From an uncultured Gemmatimonadales bacterium (GTDB lineage: Bacteria > Gemmatimonadota > Gemmatimonadetes > Longimicrobiales > RSA9), in NCBI GenBank assembly GCA_963783305.1, contig CAWAMW010000017.1, positions 160,001 to 224,000 on the forward strand: a stretch of 64,000 nucleotides of DNA. Reading direction: 5' to 3'. Under the pieces are notes generated by a model. That model was not told the origin of the DNA, did no database searches, and saw nothing but the letters and a program-made list of their open reading frames with translations. Within the stretch, counting starts at the first letter, position 1, and each line of letters begins with the position of its first letter. Below, one piece after another: positions 11,282 through 20,779 of this stretch. A program made the translations under genes and the position numbers.

Positions 11282-12730
11282 TCAGTCGCGAGGCCTGGGC
11301 AGCCTCAGTCGGAAGGTGGTGCCCCTGCCTAGTACGCTCTCCGCGCTGACCGCGCCGCCCATGCTCTCCACCATGTGCTTCACGATGGCCAGCCCCAGCC
11401 CGGTGCCGCCCTCCGCCCGGGAGCGTGCGGGGTCGACGCGATAGAAGCGCTCGAAGATGCGCGGCAGGCTGTCGCGGGGGATGCCGGCGCCGGTATCGCT
11501 CACCTCGACCACCAGCCAGTCGCCCGCCGGCTCTACGCGAGTGGCCACCCGGATCCGGCCGCCGGCATCGGCGCTCCTGCCGGGCTCCCGGGCGGGGGTA
11601 TAGCGGAGGGCGTTGTCGAAGAGGTTCGCGAAGATCTGCTCCAGCGCCTGCGGCTCGGCCAGGGCGCGATCGTCGTCCTGGCCGTCGACGTCGAAGACGA
11701 CGCCACGGTCGGAGGCGCGTTCCGCGAACGGGGCCCAGGCGGCGCGCGCGGACTGCCCCACCGAAACGCTGCGGACATCCGGCTGCCAGCCCCCGGCCTC
11801 GATCCTGGAGAGGTCCAGGAGGTCGTCTACGATGCTCTGGAGCCGGTTGGCGTTCCGTGAGATGGTCTCGAGGAACTGGCGTCGCTCGGGATCGGGCAGG
11901 TCATCGGCGAGGAGCGTGTCGGCGTACCCGCGGATGGACGTGAGGGGAGTCTTGAGCTCATGGCTCGCGTTCGCGACGAAGTCCCGCCGGACCTCCTCCA
12001 GTCGCCGCAGGTCGGTGAGGTCGACGAGGGTGGCCACCGCTCCGCCGCCCCGCTGCGGCGCCACCGCGGCGAGGATCCTGCGCTCGTCGAGCAGCACCTC
12101 GAGAGGCGCGGTCGGCGTCCCCGCCGCGGCCTGCTCGATGGCCCGGCGAAGCGGCTCGTCCCGGACGAGCGACGACACGCGCTCGCCCAGCGCGTCGCCC
12201 GGCACCCCCAGCAGCCTGCGGCCCGCCGGATTGACGCGCTCGATCCGACCTTCCCCGTCGGTCTGTAGGATCCCCTCCGACACGGACTCGAGCAGCCGGT
12301 TCAGCTCCGAGCGCTTCGACCGCTCGGCGACCAGGCGCTCCCCGAGCTCGGCCACGACCCGCTGCATTCCGCGCAGGGCATCCTGGACCTCGGCGATGGG
12401 AGAGGCCGCCGGCTGTGCGGTCGGCGTGGGGCCCTCGGCAGAGCCGCCCGGGCCCGTGGCCGGAGCCGCCACCGCCTGCATTCCGCGTAAGGGCCGCACA
12501 ATGAGCCCGGCCAGGAGCGCGCTCAGCGCCACGGCGAGCGTGGTGACCACGATGCCGGCGAGCGTGACCGCCGCCACCGCGTCCCGCACCGCCCGCTCCC
12601 GCGTGAGGCCGGGGACCGTCATGAGGGCGTCCCGCACGGCGCCCGCCACACTGGCGGCGGATACGATGAAACCGCCGGCCACGAGCAGGCCCACGGTCAG
12701 CGGGAGGATGAGCTGGAGGCGGAGTCGCAT
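11282..12730 (-). CDS. phoR: Phosphate regulon sensor histidine kinase PhoR
   Basis: Two TM segments, PAS-like region, FVANASHELKTPL H-box, NLFDNALRY, DTGAGIP, FERFYRVD, GTGLGLAI; ATG overlaps the phoB stop. Confidence 0.92.
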   Translation of the reverse strand: MRLRLQLILPLTVGLLVAGGFIVSAASVAGAVRDALMTVPGLTRERAVRDAVAAVTLAGIVVTTLAVALSALLAGLIVRPLRGMQAVAAPATGPGGSAEGPTPTAQPAASPIAEVQDALRGMQRVVAELGERLVAERSKRSELNRLLESVSEGILQTDGEGRIERVNPAGRRLLGVPGDALGERVSSLVRDEPLRRAIEQAAAGTPTAPLEVLLDERRILAAVAPQRGGGAVATLVDLTDLRRLEEVRRDFVANASHELKTPLTSIRGYADTLLADDLPDPERRQFLETISRNANRLQSIVDDLLDLSRIEAGGWQPDVRSVSVGQSARAAWAPFAERASDRGVVFDVDGQDDDRALAEPQALEQIFANLFDNALRYTPAREPGRSADAGGRIRVATRVEPAGDWLVVEVSDTGAGIPRDSLPRIFERFYRVDPARSRAEGGTGLGLAIVKHMVESMGGAVSAESVLGRGTTFRLRLPRPRD

Positions 12731-13446
12731 CAGCCAGGCGGCTCGGTGCGGAACCGATAGCCGAAGCCGCGAACCGTCTCGATATAGTCGCCGGCCTCGC
12801 CCAACTTGCTCCGCAGTCGCTGGATGTGCATGTCCACGGTGCGTGTCTCGATCTGTACGCGGATGTCCCATGCCAGCTCGAGCAGCTGCCGCCGACTCTG
12901 CACCCGACCCTTCCGCTCCATCAGCGCCACCAGCAGCCGGTACTCGGTAGGCGTGAGGTCCACCGGCTCCGAGTCCACCAGGACCGTCATGGCCGACGCG
13001 TCCACCGCGATGGGTCCGCCCCGGAGCAGCCGACCGGATCCGGCCACGGCCGCCGCCCGCACCCGCCGCAGCACGGTGCCGATCCGCAGCACCAGCTCCT
13101 GCGGGCTGAACGGCTTCGTCATGTAGTCGTCGGCGCCCAGCTCCAGACCCCGGATCCGATCCGACTCGTCGCGGCGCGCCGTAAGCACGACCACGGGGAC
13201 ATCGGAGAGGGAGGGCTGGCGCCGGATCTCCTCCAGGATCTCGTAGCCGGAGAGCCCGGGCAGCATGAGGTCCAGCACGACCAGGTCCGGGCGCTCGTTG
13301 CGCACCGCCTCGAGCGCCTCGTCCCCGGAGCCGACCGTCCGGACCCGGAAGCCCTCCTTCGTGAGGTGGTACGCCACCAGCGCCGCGATATCGCGCTCGT
13401 CCTCCACCACGAGGATCTGCGCCGAGGCTGTCTGCGCTGCCGTCAT
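12730..13446 (-). CDS. phoB: OmpR/PhoB-family response regulator PhoB
   Basis: ILVVEDE, LDLMLP, GADDYMTKPF, RTVDMHIQRLR, TVRGFGYRF; paired with phoR in the pst locus. Confidence 0.92.
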   Translation of the reverse strand: MTAAQTASAQILVVEDERDIAALVAYHLTKEGFRVRTVGSGDEALEAVRNERPDLVVLDLMLPGLSGYEILEEIRRQPSLSDVPVVVLTARRDESDRIRGLELGADDYMTKPFSPQELVLRIGTVLRRVRAAAVAGSGRLLRGGPIAVDASAMTVLVDSEPVDLTPTEYRLLVALMERKGRVQSRRQLLELAWDIRVQIETRTVDMHIQRLRSKLGEAGDYIETVRGFGYRFRTEPPG

Positions 13447-13523
13447 CCGCTCGCCCTCCGTCGCTCTGGCCCGTTGCGTAGGGGACCCGATCCGTCCCCT
13501 ATACATGGAGATACCGGCGGTCC

Positions 13524-13561
13524 GTCATAATCGGGTAACGGCAATGTATCATCAACATCAC
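13524..13561. promoter_or_regulatory. Putative Pho box array upstream of phoB (autoregulation)
   Basis: GTCAT/GTAAC/GTATC/ATCAC at 13524, 13535, 13546 and 13557 (11-bp period). Confidence 0.65.
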
Positions 13562-13600
13562 GATGAGGGTCATCGCTCTGCCGCGGCGCCGTGGAACGCG

Positions 13601-13638
13601 GGAGCCCCCTCCCCCGCGCGGCCGGGGAGGGGGGCTCC
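13601..13638 (-). terminator. GC-rich hairpin after the lipoprotein gene
   Basis: GGAGCCCCCTCCCC...GGGGAGGGGGGCTCC inverted repeat ~20 nt past the stop; weak U tail. Confidence 0.55.
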
Positions 13639-13659
13639 AGGTCATGGCTTTCGGCGGCG

Positions 13660-15255
13660 CTAGTTGCGAGCCCAGGTCGTCCAGCCTGCGTACCAGGGGT
13701 TGTCGGTGCCCGGCTCCACGGCGCCGATGTAGTCGGCTGCGGTGAACCAGCCCCCGCCGGGGACGTCCGCGGCCGAGAGCCCAGCCTGGCTCATCAGGTC
13801 CGCTGACGGAACCAGATCGGGCATGGTGCCGGAGGCCCAGTCGGCGGCCGCCGCCATGCCGAGGCTGAGGCCGGCCGGATCGCTCCAGATGTCGCTCCAC
13901 GCGGCCAGACAGGTGTTCTCCTCCGAGTCGGCCGCGTCGTTGTGCAGGAAGTCGTCGTTACCGGCGAACAGCACGTTCATGAGGTTGAACGTGTCGTCGC
14001 TGCAGAGGCCGACCGTGGTCGGGTCATCGACCCGCAGCCCGTCGGTGAAGCCCCGGACGATCCCGTTGGCCACGGTCCCCGCCGTGCCGCGACGGTACCG
14101 CATGCCCAGGGACGTTCCGTTGCCGATCAGCGTCACGTTGTAGATCATCGGGTTCGTGAGCGGCGTAGCCGTGTGCTCGTCCTCGTTGCCGTCCACTTCG
14201 AACCCGGTGTCGGACTGCCCGACGTCGTCCGGATCCTGGAGCGCCAGCCAGAACTGACCGTAGCCCTGCCAGCCGGTGGAGTAGTCGAACGAGTCGTCCT
14301 GGGCGCCGGTGACCAGGGCGTGGGAGATGTTGACGGTGCCGCCGAAGAGCTCGATTCCGTCGTCATCGCCCATGTGAGCCTGGATGTAGTCGATCTCGGT
14401 ACCGCTGCCCACGCCGTTCAGCGTCAGGGCGTTGACCTCGTTGCCCAGGCTTACCTCGTACCCGGCATACTCGATCCGGATGTACCTTAGCGAGCCACTG
14501 TCATCGCCGGTATCCGGCTCGGTCCCCGCCTCGTTGCCGTACTCGGCCGAGATCCCCTCGGAGACGCACCGGTCGCCCGCGGAGCGCGGGAAGTTGCAGT
14601 TGGAGTCTCCGTTGATCACCACGCCCGCCCAGTCACCTCGCGAGCGGCTGCCGACGGGGTTTGAGCTCGTGAAGACGATGGGGGCCTCGGCCGTCCCCTC
14701 GGCGATCAGCTGCCCACCGATCTTCACCAGGAGCGCCGTCGGGGTCGTATTGGCGTCGCCGAGGATCAGGGTGCCCGGCTCGATCGTCAGCACGCCGCCA
14801 TCCTCGACGGACACGATTCCGCGGAGGATGTAGGTCGTGTCCGCGTGGAAGGTGCGGCTGCCGGTGATCTGCCCCGACACCGCGACATCGGTGATTACCT
14901 CTTCGATGACCACGGTCACCGGGTTGCTCGGCTCCGAGTCGTCCGCGCCCATGGCCACCACCACGTAGGTGTACGCCGCGCCAGGGGTCAGATCCGCGTC
15001 GGTGTAGGTGGTGGCGGTCAGGTCGTCGGCGATGGTCGAGAGGGCGCCGCCCTCGCTGCTCCGTTGGACCCGGTACGTCGTAGCTCCGGCTACCGTCGTC
15101 CAGGTCAGAACCACGCCCGCGTCCGTCTCCTGCACGGAGAGCGATGGCGGATTGAGCAGCACGATCCCGGTGCCGTCATCGTCGCTGCACCCGGCGAGCG
15201 CGAAGCCGACCAGGGCGAGGAGACAGAAGCTTGCGATCTTGCGGAACAGCGGCAT
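13660..15255 (-). CDS. Surface lipoprotein with Fn3-like domain and beta-helix-like domain, TBDR-associated
   Basis: Lipobox LAGC; Fn3-like W..VAGATTYRVQR...YTD; beta-helix motifs LTIEPGT, GTAEAPIVFTS, SGSLRYIRIEYAG, DDGIELFGG, DDSFD. Confidence 0.75.
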   Translation of the reverse strand: MPLFRKIASFCLLALVGFALAGCSDDDGTGIVLLNPPSLSVQETDAGVVLTWTTVAGATTYRVQRSSEGGALSTIADDLTATTYTDADLTPGAAYTYVVVAMGADDSEPSNPVTVVIEEVITDVAVSGQITGSRTFHADTTYILRGIVSVEDGGVLTIEPGTLILGDANTTPTALLVKIGGQLIAEGTAEAPIVFTSSNPVGSRSRGDWAGVVINGDSNCNFPRSAGDRCVSEGISAEYGNEAGTEPDTGDDSGSLRYIRIEYAGYEVSLGNEVNALTLNGVGSGTEIDYIQAHMGDDDGIELFGGTVNISHALVTGAQDDSFDYSTGWQGYGQFWLALQDPDDVGQSDTGFEVDGNEDEHTATPLTNPMIYNVTLIGNGTSLGMRYRRGTAGTVANGIVRGFTDGLRVDDPTTVGLCSDDTFNLMNVLFAGNDDFLHNDAADSEENTCLAAWSDIWSDPAGLSLGMAAAADWASGTMPDLVPSADLMSQAGLSAADVPGGGWFTAADYIGAVEPGTDNPWYAGWTTWARN

Positions 15256-15326
15256 TGGCTATCCTCCGATTGTGTTCAGTGAGTGCAGCGACAGCGGGGC
15301 GGCCGAGCGCCGCCCCAGCGGGTCGA

Positions 15327-18194
15327 TCATCCGCCCAGATCCCAGCTGGCGGAAAACGAGAACACGCGGCCCGGGTCGTACCACCGGACCACACGGCCGG
15401 CCTGGGTGAACTCGACCTCGGAGCCGAGCAGGTTCCTGGCTCCGAGCTTGGCGGAGAGACCGCGTCCGAGCGGCTGCTCGATCACCAGGTCCAGCACTCC
15501 CCGCGCTTCCTCGTAGATGTCGGGAAGCGTCCGGGCGCCGACGGCGTCGATGCGCTCGCCGATCCGGTTGTACATCAGCGTCAGGTTCGTCCCCAGCCTC
15601 GACTGCAGGTAGCCGAGTGACACGTTCACGGTGTAGGGCGACTGCCCCTGGAGCGGCCGCTCCCTGCGGATCAGGGTGAAGTACCCCACCTCCTGCTCCA
15701 GCGGGAGCCAGACGGCCGCCGAGTCACCGGCCGAGACCTCCGACCGGATCAGTGAGACGTTCGTGTTCAGAGACAGCGTCTCCAGCGAACGGGCGATGAA
15801 CCCGAGGTGGGTCCGCAGCTCGAGCTCGACCCCGTAGTTCTCCGCGGAAGCCGCGTTGACCCACGTCTTCACCAGCTCGTTGCTCGGGAGCGCGGCGGCC
15901 TCGATGGGCCCGTCGAACTTCTTGTAGAAGCCGCTCATTGCCACGAGTGAGCCGAGGGTCGGGAACCACTCCCAGCGCACGTCGTAGTTCTCGATCCGCG
16001 TACGCTCGAGCGCGGGGTTCCCGATGGTCAGGAAGCCGCCGGCATAGTCGGTGAACCCGAACGGCGCCATTTCCCGGAACTGCGGACGGGCCAGCGTGCG
16101 GGACGCGGCCAGTCGGACGTTTATCCCGTCCGTGACCTGGTACGTGAGGTTCACGCCGGGGAGCAGGTCCGTGTTCGAGTTCTCGGCGGGTGCCAGGCTG
16201 TCGGCGATGGTGACGAAGCGCGGGACCGGCTGGACGAGCTGATCGGAGTCCTCGAGCCTTGCTCCACCCACGATTCTGAGGCGCGGGAGCAGCTCGACGT
16301 CCAGCAGCGCATACCCGGCCGTGATCGTCTGGTCGGCGTGGTAGTTGTCCTCGGGGAACGTGACTTCCTGGATCGCCAGGCCGTGCGGGCCGATGTTCTC
16401 GGCCGTGAACAGCTGGTTCGGCGGGAGCTGGAGCGTCTCGAGGGGGAGCGAGCCGGCCAGCTCGAACCGGAAACGTCGCAGGAAGTTCTCCCGATCCGAG
16501 TAGTCCCCGGTCCCGCCGAACGAAAGCGTCGCCGGCAGCTTCCGGAACTCGAACGGCACCGACACATCGACGCCGCCACCATAGGTCCACTCCTTCAGGT
16601 CGGAGTGGAAGATGCTCCCGCTCTGCTTGGCGACCGTGTAGGTCAGGACGCCACCCCGCTCCCGGTAGACGGCGTCCCGGGTGTTCGGCTCATAGCGCCG
16701 AGCGCGCGAGACCGCGCCCCGCCACTCCACGCGCGCGTCCCCGAGCCACGGCAGCAGGTGCCGGCCCTTGAGCTGGGAGGAGAAGAGCGACTGCGACAGG
16801 TACTGGACGCGGTAGTTGGCGGCGAGGGAGCCGAAGTCCTGGTGCTCGCCGACGAGGTAGCGGGCGTTGTCCGAGGACGTCCGGTTGTAGATCGCCGAGA
16901 GCGACAGCCGGTTCGATGGCGTGACGTCCACCGCGAGATTGAAGAGCCCGCCGAGCTCGCCGCTCCGGGTCGTCGAGGTGCCGGTGTAGTCGACTTCGGG
17001 GGTCTCCGCCGCCTTGAAGACCCGCTCGATCAGGTCGTCCCTGTGGCTCCAGCCTGTGGACTGGTTCACGGCCACCAGGTACCCCACGGGCATGTCGCCT
17101 CCGCGCAGCCCGACCTCGTTCCCCAGGGCCAGGCTGAAGCTCTGCGGCACGCCAATGCTGGTGGGCTCACCCGCCCACGGGCCGACGAACTGCTCCCCGA
17201 TCCGCTCCAGCGCCTCGTCCGTATGCGGGGGGTTGTCGATCCGATCCGGCCCGACGGCCGGCAGGACCCGGCTGCCGCCCGGCACCGCCAGGAAGTCCAG
17301 GCTGCCGCCGCCGTACATGAGGCCGGTCCGGCCCGTCGATTCGCTGTGGTAGGACGTGCCCAGGCCGATCTTGAACAGCTGCTGGGCCGGGAAATCCCGG
17401 GTCCGGATCTGCACCAGTCCGCCCGCGTAGTCACCCGGCTGGTTCGGCGAGTACGTCTTCGCCGTGACGACGCTCTCCAGGAAGTCCGAAGGGACGAGGT
17501 CCAGAGGCACGGTCTTCCTGTCCGGCTCCGGGGACGGCAGCGCGGAGCCGTTAAGCGTCGCGGAACCGTACCGCTCTCCCAGCCCGCGCACGTAGACGTA
17601 CTTGCCGTCGACCACGCTCACGCCGGGCGATCGAGCCAGAACCGCCGCCGCGTCACCGTCCGTCGACCGGGCGATCTGCTCCCTGCCGATCGCGTCCACC
17701 ACCACCGGCGACTTGCGCCGCTCGCCCAGCAGCGCCGTGGTACTGCCGCGCTCGATCGACGCGCTAACCGTGATCCCCTCGACCGCCACCGCCTCCGGCG
17801 AGACGGAGATGTCCAGGCTGGTCGTCGCGCCCGCGGTCACCTCCACGCCGGTCACCCTCTTCCGACCGAACCCGACCACTTGCGTCACGAGCGTGTACGA
17901 CCCGGTCGGAACACCGCGGATCAGGTACCGCCCGTCCATGTTGCTGAGGGCGCCGCCATCCGTCCCCTCGAGCTGGACATGCGCCCCCGGAATCGGCTCA
18001 CCCGTCTCGTCGCTGACCACGCGTCCGACGATGACCCCGGTGCCGCCGATGGTGCCCATGCCCTGGGCCAGCGCAGAGTCCGCTACGAGCCCCGTGACGA
18101 GAGCGAGAACGACGAGCCCGCGACCGATCACGCGCAGGCACGCCCGGGAGCGCTCGAATCCGCCGGCCCCGGCTGGTATATTGGTGATCGTCAA
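15327..18194 (-). CDS. TonB-dependent receptor with N-terminal carboxypeptidase-regulatory-like domain
   Basis: TTG start 5 nt after AGGAGG; GRVVSDETGEPIPGA, plug motifs PGVSV...VRGLGERY, KTYSP...GGLVQI, barrel end PGRVFSFSASW. The ORF-track start at 19184 is over-extended. Confidence 0.9.
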   Translation of the reverse strand: MTITNIPAGAGGFERSRACLRVIGRGLVVLALVTGLVADSALAQGMGTIGGTGVIVGRVVSDETGEPIPGAHVQLEGTDGGALSNMDGRYLIRGVPTGSYTLVTQVVGFGRKRVTGVEVTAGATTSLDISVSPEAVAVEGITVSASIERGSTTALLGERRKSPVVVDAIGREQIARSTDGDAAAVLARSPGVSVVDGKYVYVRGLGERYGSATLNGSALPSPEPDRKTVPLDLVPSDFLESVVTAKTYSPNQPGDYAGGLVQIRTRDFPAQQLFKIGLGTSYHSESTGRTGLMYGGGSLDFLAVPGGSRVLPAVGPDRIDNPPHTDEALERIGEQFVGPWAGEPTSIGVPQSFSLALGNEVGLRGGDMPVGYLVAVNQSTGWSHRDDLIERVFKAAETPEVDYTGTSTTRSGELGGLFNLAVDVTPSNRLSLSAIYNRTSSDNARYLVGEHQDFGSLAANYRVQYLSQSLFSSQLKGRHLLPWLGDARVEWRGAVSRARRYEPNTRDAVYRERGGVLTYTVAKQSGSIFHSDLKEWTYGGGVDVSVPFEFRKLPATLSFGGTGDYSDRENFLRRFRFELAGSLPLETLQLPPNQLFTAENIGPHGLAIQEVTFPEDNYHADQTITAGYALLDVELLPRLRIVGGARLEDSDQLVQPVPRFVTIADSLAPAENSNTDLLPGVNLTYQVTDGINVRLAASRTLARPQFREMAPFGFTDYAGGFLTIGNPALERTRIENYDVRWEWFPTLGSLVAMSGFYKKFDGPIEAAALPSNELVKTWVNAASAENYGVELELRTHLGFIARSLETLSLNTNVSLIRSEVSAGDSAAVWLPLEQEVGYFTLIRRERPLQGQSPYTVNVSLGYLQSRLGTNLTLMYNRIGERIDAVGARTLPDIYEEARGVLDLVIEQPLGRGLSAKLGARNLLGSEVEFTQAGRVVRWYDPGRVFSFSASWDLGG

Positions 18195-18285
18195 CGTGTC
18201 CTCCTGTTCCCCATGGGGTCCTGCCTTGGGTTGTATTCGACGACTGCGTTCCATCATTTCTCTGCTCGAAGGATGGCCGGAGGAT

Positions 18286-18323
18286 GTCACGCCGAACGGC
18301 GGCTCCGGTAACGTGGACGTAAC
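18286..18323. promoter_or_regulatory. Putative Pho boxes upstream of the TonB-dependent receptor
   Basis: GTCAC at 18286, GTAAC at 18308 and 18319 (22- and 11-bp spacing). Confidence 0.55.
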
Positions 18324-18363
18324 GTCGGCATCCCGTGCCGATCCGGGCGCTCCGGCGGGCACC

Positions 18364-18388
18364 AACGTTTTCCCGAGCGCGTGCGTCA
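18364..18388 (+). promoter_or_regulatory. Putative ECF-type promoter (AAC-N17-CGTC) of the ECF sigma gene
   Basis: AAC at 18364-18366, CGTC at 18384-18387, GTG start 8 nt later. Confidence 0.5.
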
Positions 18389-18395
18389 TCCCACT

Positions 18396-18941
18396 GTGAC
18401 GGAGGATGCCGGTCTGGTCCGACGCGCTCTGGTGGGCGATGAGCGCGCGTTCGAGACGCTGGTCCGACGCTACAGCGGACCGGCCTTCTCCATCGCGCTC
18501 GGGATCATGAAGGAGCCGGCGGATGCGGAGGACGTGGTCCAGGATTCGTTCGTGAAGGCGCTGGAGCGGCTGGAGGACTGCGACCCGGAGAAGTTCGGCG
18601 CGTGGTTCCTGCGGGTGGTGCGGAACCGGGCCCACAGTACGCGCCGCTACATGGGCGTGCGGGATGCCGCTCCGCTGGATTCGCTGCCCACGGCGTCGGA
18701 CGAGCCTGGGCCGCACCACGACGCCGAGCGCCGGCAGCTGCGAGCACGGCTGCTGGCGGCGATGGACGAGTTGACGGACGTGCAGCGGCAGGTGCTGATG
18801 CTGCACGACATCCAGGGGTGGAAGCACAGGGAGATCGGGGACATGCTCGAGATGCCGGAAGGAACCGTTCGGGCACACCTGTTTCACGCCCGCCGAGCCC
18901 TGAGACAGAATGACGCGCTGAAGCGCTCGATGGAGGGATAG
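18396..18941 (+). CDS. ECF RNA polymerase sigma factor
   Basis: DAEDVVQDSF, FGAWFLRVVRN, EIGDMLEMPEGTVRAHLFHAR; GTG 18396 preferred. Confidence 0.92.
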   Translation: MTEDAGLVRRALVGDERAFETLVRRYSGPAFSIALGIMKEPADAEDVVQDSFVKALERLEDCDPEKFGAWFLRVVRNRAHSTRRYMGVRDAAPLDSLPTASDEPGPHHDAERRQLRARLLAAMDELTDVQRQVLMLHDIQGWKHREIGDMLEMPEGTVRAHLFHARRALRQNDALKRSMEG

Positions 18942-18945
18942 ATAC

Positions 18946-19302
18946 ATGGAACCGGAACGAATCGACCTGAGCGCTCTCGACCCGGCGGCGGACTCGCTGG
19001 CGTACGAGAGGATGGTCCGCCGGATCATGGACGCGGCGGCGCCCGAGCTCACTCGCCGGACCCGTGAGACCGGTCCCCTCGGCCTGGTCGAGCGTTGGGC
19101 GCGGCCCACGCTCGCGGCCGCCGCCATCATCGCCGCCCTGGCCGCCGGTGCGCTCTTCGCGACCGAGCGGCCGGAGCCCGCCACGGCCGCCGCCTCGGGG
19201 CTCGAGGCGCTGGGCGTACCCTCCCCCGCCGCCGACTGGCTCGAGGCTGGCCGTCAGCCCGATGCCCGGGACCTGGTCCTCGCCATGGAGCGCCGGCGAT
19301 GA
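18946..19302 (+). CDS. Putative membrane anti-sigma factor
   Basis: Directly after the ECF gene, strong RBS (GGAGGG), single TM helix. Confidence 0.6.
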   Translation: MEPERIDLSALDPAADSLAYERMVRRIMDAAAPELTRRTRETGPLGLVERWARPTLAAAAIIAALAAGALFATERPEPATAAASGLEALGVPSPAADWLEAGRQPDARDLVLAMERRR

Positions 19303-19688
19303 CCGCACTCTTCGGCCGCATGCGACTGCTGGGCGTGGCGCTGCTCGCCGCGACCTTCGTCGCTGGCGCTCTGTCCGGCGCCGCCATCGAGCGGGTCCTC
19401 GGCGCCGAGGAGCCGAGTGCAGCCCAGCACGGCAATGACGAGGATTCCCGCCGGTCCTACATCATCGACCAGGTCGAAATGACCGGGCAGCAGAGGACGA
19501 CGATCGACGCGATCCTCGAGCAGCGCTCAGACCGTATGCGCGCGGTGTGGCAGGAGGTCGAGCCCCGCATGGATGCCGTTACCGACTCGGCGCGCATGGA
19601 CATCATGGGAGTGCTCACCCCCGAGCAGCGGGCGGAATACGAGCGGAAGCTCGAGGAGCGGCGGAGCAGGAGGGGCTCCGGCGAGTAG
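19299..19688 (+). CDS. Small exported helical protein, Spy/CpxP-like
   Basis: N-terminal hydrophobic helix, EMTGQQR and VLTPEQR (LTxxQ-like) motifs; ATGA overlap. Confidence 0.6.
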   Translation: MTALFGRMRLLGVALLAATFVAGALSGAAIERVLGAEEPSAAQHGNDEDSRRSYIIDQVEMTGQQRTTIDAILEQRSDRMRAVWQEVEPRMDAVTDSARMDIMGVLTPEQRAEYERKLEERRSRRGSGE

Positions 19689-19705
19689 CGGCGACGGGTG
19701 GAACG

Positions 19706-19790
19706 GTCGCTGCGCTCCCTGGGGACCGCGTCGCTTCGCTCGCTATCGAACGCCTCGGCCTCCGGCCTCGCTATCGAACTTCGCAGCCGA
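19706..19790. repeat. REP-like cluster of short palindromes at a convergent junction
   Basis: CGCTATCGAAC twice, CTCGGCCTCCGGCCTCGCT, CGCTTCGCTCG; related sequence at 27937-27958. Confidence 0.45.
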
Positions 19791-19810
19791 GGTGGCTTGC
19801 AGCGGACCGG

Positions 19811-20779
19811 CTACGGCAGGAGCAGCAGCTTCCCCGACGTCCCGCGGCTCTCCAGCATGCGGTGCGCCCGCTCGGCCTCGTCGAGCGGGAGGATCTCGTG
19901 GATGCGCACGTCGAGGGACCCGTCGCGGACCGCGTCCAGCACTTCGCCAGCGCGCCACTCCACCTCCGCGCGACCGAGCGTATGGTGCGCCAGTGAGGGC
20001 CGCGTGAGGAAGAGCGACCCACCCTGCGCCAGCGCCTGCGGGTCGATGGGCTCCACGGGCCCGCTCGCCTGCCCGTACAGGACCAGCATCCCGCGCGGTC
20101 GAAGCGAGGCGAGGCTTTCCCGGAACGTGGCCTTCCCGACGGAGTCGTAGACGACGGTGGCGCCCCGGCCATCCGTCAGCCGCCGCACCTCCGGCCGGAA
20201 CTCGACCTTCGTGTACCGGATGACGTGGTCCGCGCCGGCCCGACGCACCCGCTCCGCCTTGTCTTCCGTCGAGCAGGTGCCGATCACGGTGGCACCCCGT
20301 GCCTTGGCCATCTGCACCAGCAGCAGCCCCACGCCGCCGGCGGCCGCGTGCACCACCGCCACGTCCTCCGGCCCCAGCGGGTACGTGCTGTTCACCAGGA
20401 AATGGGCGGTCATGCCCTGCACCATGACCGCGGCCGCGACCTCGATATCCACGCCCTCCGGGACCGGCACCAGGCGCCAGCCGGGGACGACCGCGGCCTC
20501 CGCGTAGCTCCCGGGACTCATGGCCCACGCCACCCGATCGCCCACGGCCACGTGCTCCACGTCCGGCCCGATGGCCTCCACGGTGCCGGCGCCCTCCACC
20601 CCCGGGATGAAGGGCCGATCCTTCGGGTACAGCCCCGTCCTGTGGTACGTGTCCACGTAGTTCACACCCGCCACCGCCACACGGACCCGCGCCTCGCCCG
20701 CGCCCGGCTCCGGCGGCTCAACTTCCTCCGGGCGCAGCACCTCCGGGCCGCCCGTCTCGTGCACACGGATCGCTCTCAT
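19811..20779 (-). CDS. NADPH:quinone oxidoreductase (zeta-crystallin/Qor family)
   Basis: GGPEVL, GVNYVD, PGVEGAG, HAAAGGVG, VYDSVG, GSLFLTRPSL. Confidence 0.9.
   Translation of the reverse strand: MRAIRVHETGGPEVLRPEEVEPPEPGAGEARVRVAVAGVNYVDTYHRTGLYPKDRPFIPGVEGAGTVEAIGPDVEHVAVGDRVAWAMSPGSYAEAAVVPGWRLVPVPEGVDIEVAAAVMVQGMTAHFLVNSTYPLGPEDVAVVHAAAGGVGLLLVQMAKARGATVIGTCSTEDKAERVRRAGADHVIRYTKVEFRPEVRRLTDGRGATVVYDSVGKATFRESLASLRPRGMLVLYGQASGPVEPIDPQALAQGGSLFLTRPSLAHHTLGRAEVEWRAGEVLDAVRDGSLDVRIHEILPLDEAERAHRMLESRGTSGKLLLLP

Noticed and set aside
18195..19184. 1285-aa TonB-dependent receptor as given in the ORF track
   Set aside because: The extra N-terminal ~330 aa is antisense to the ECF sigma and anti-sigma genes. 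A TTG with an AGGAGG RBS at 18194 fits better.
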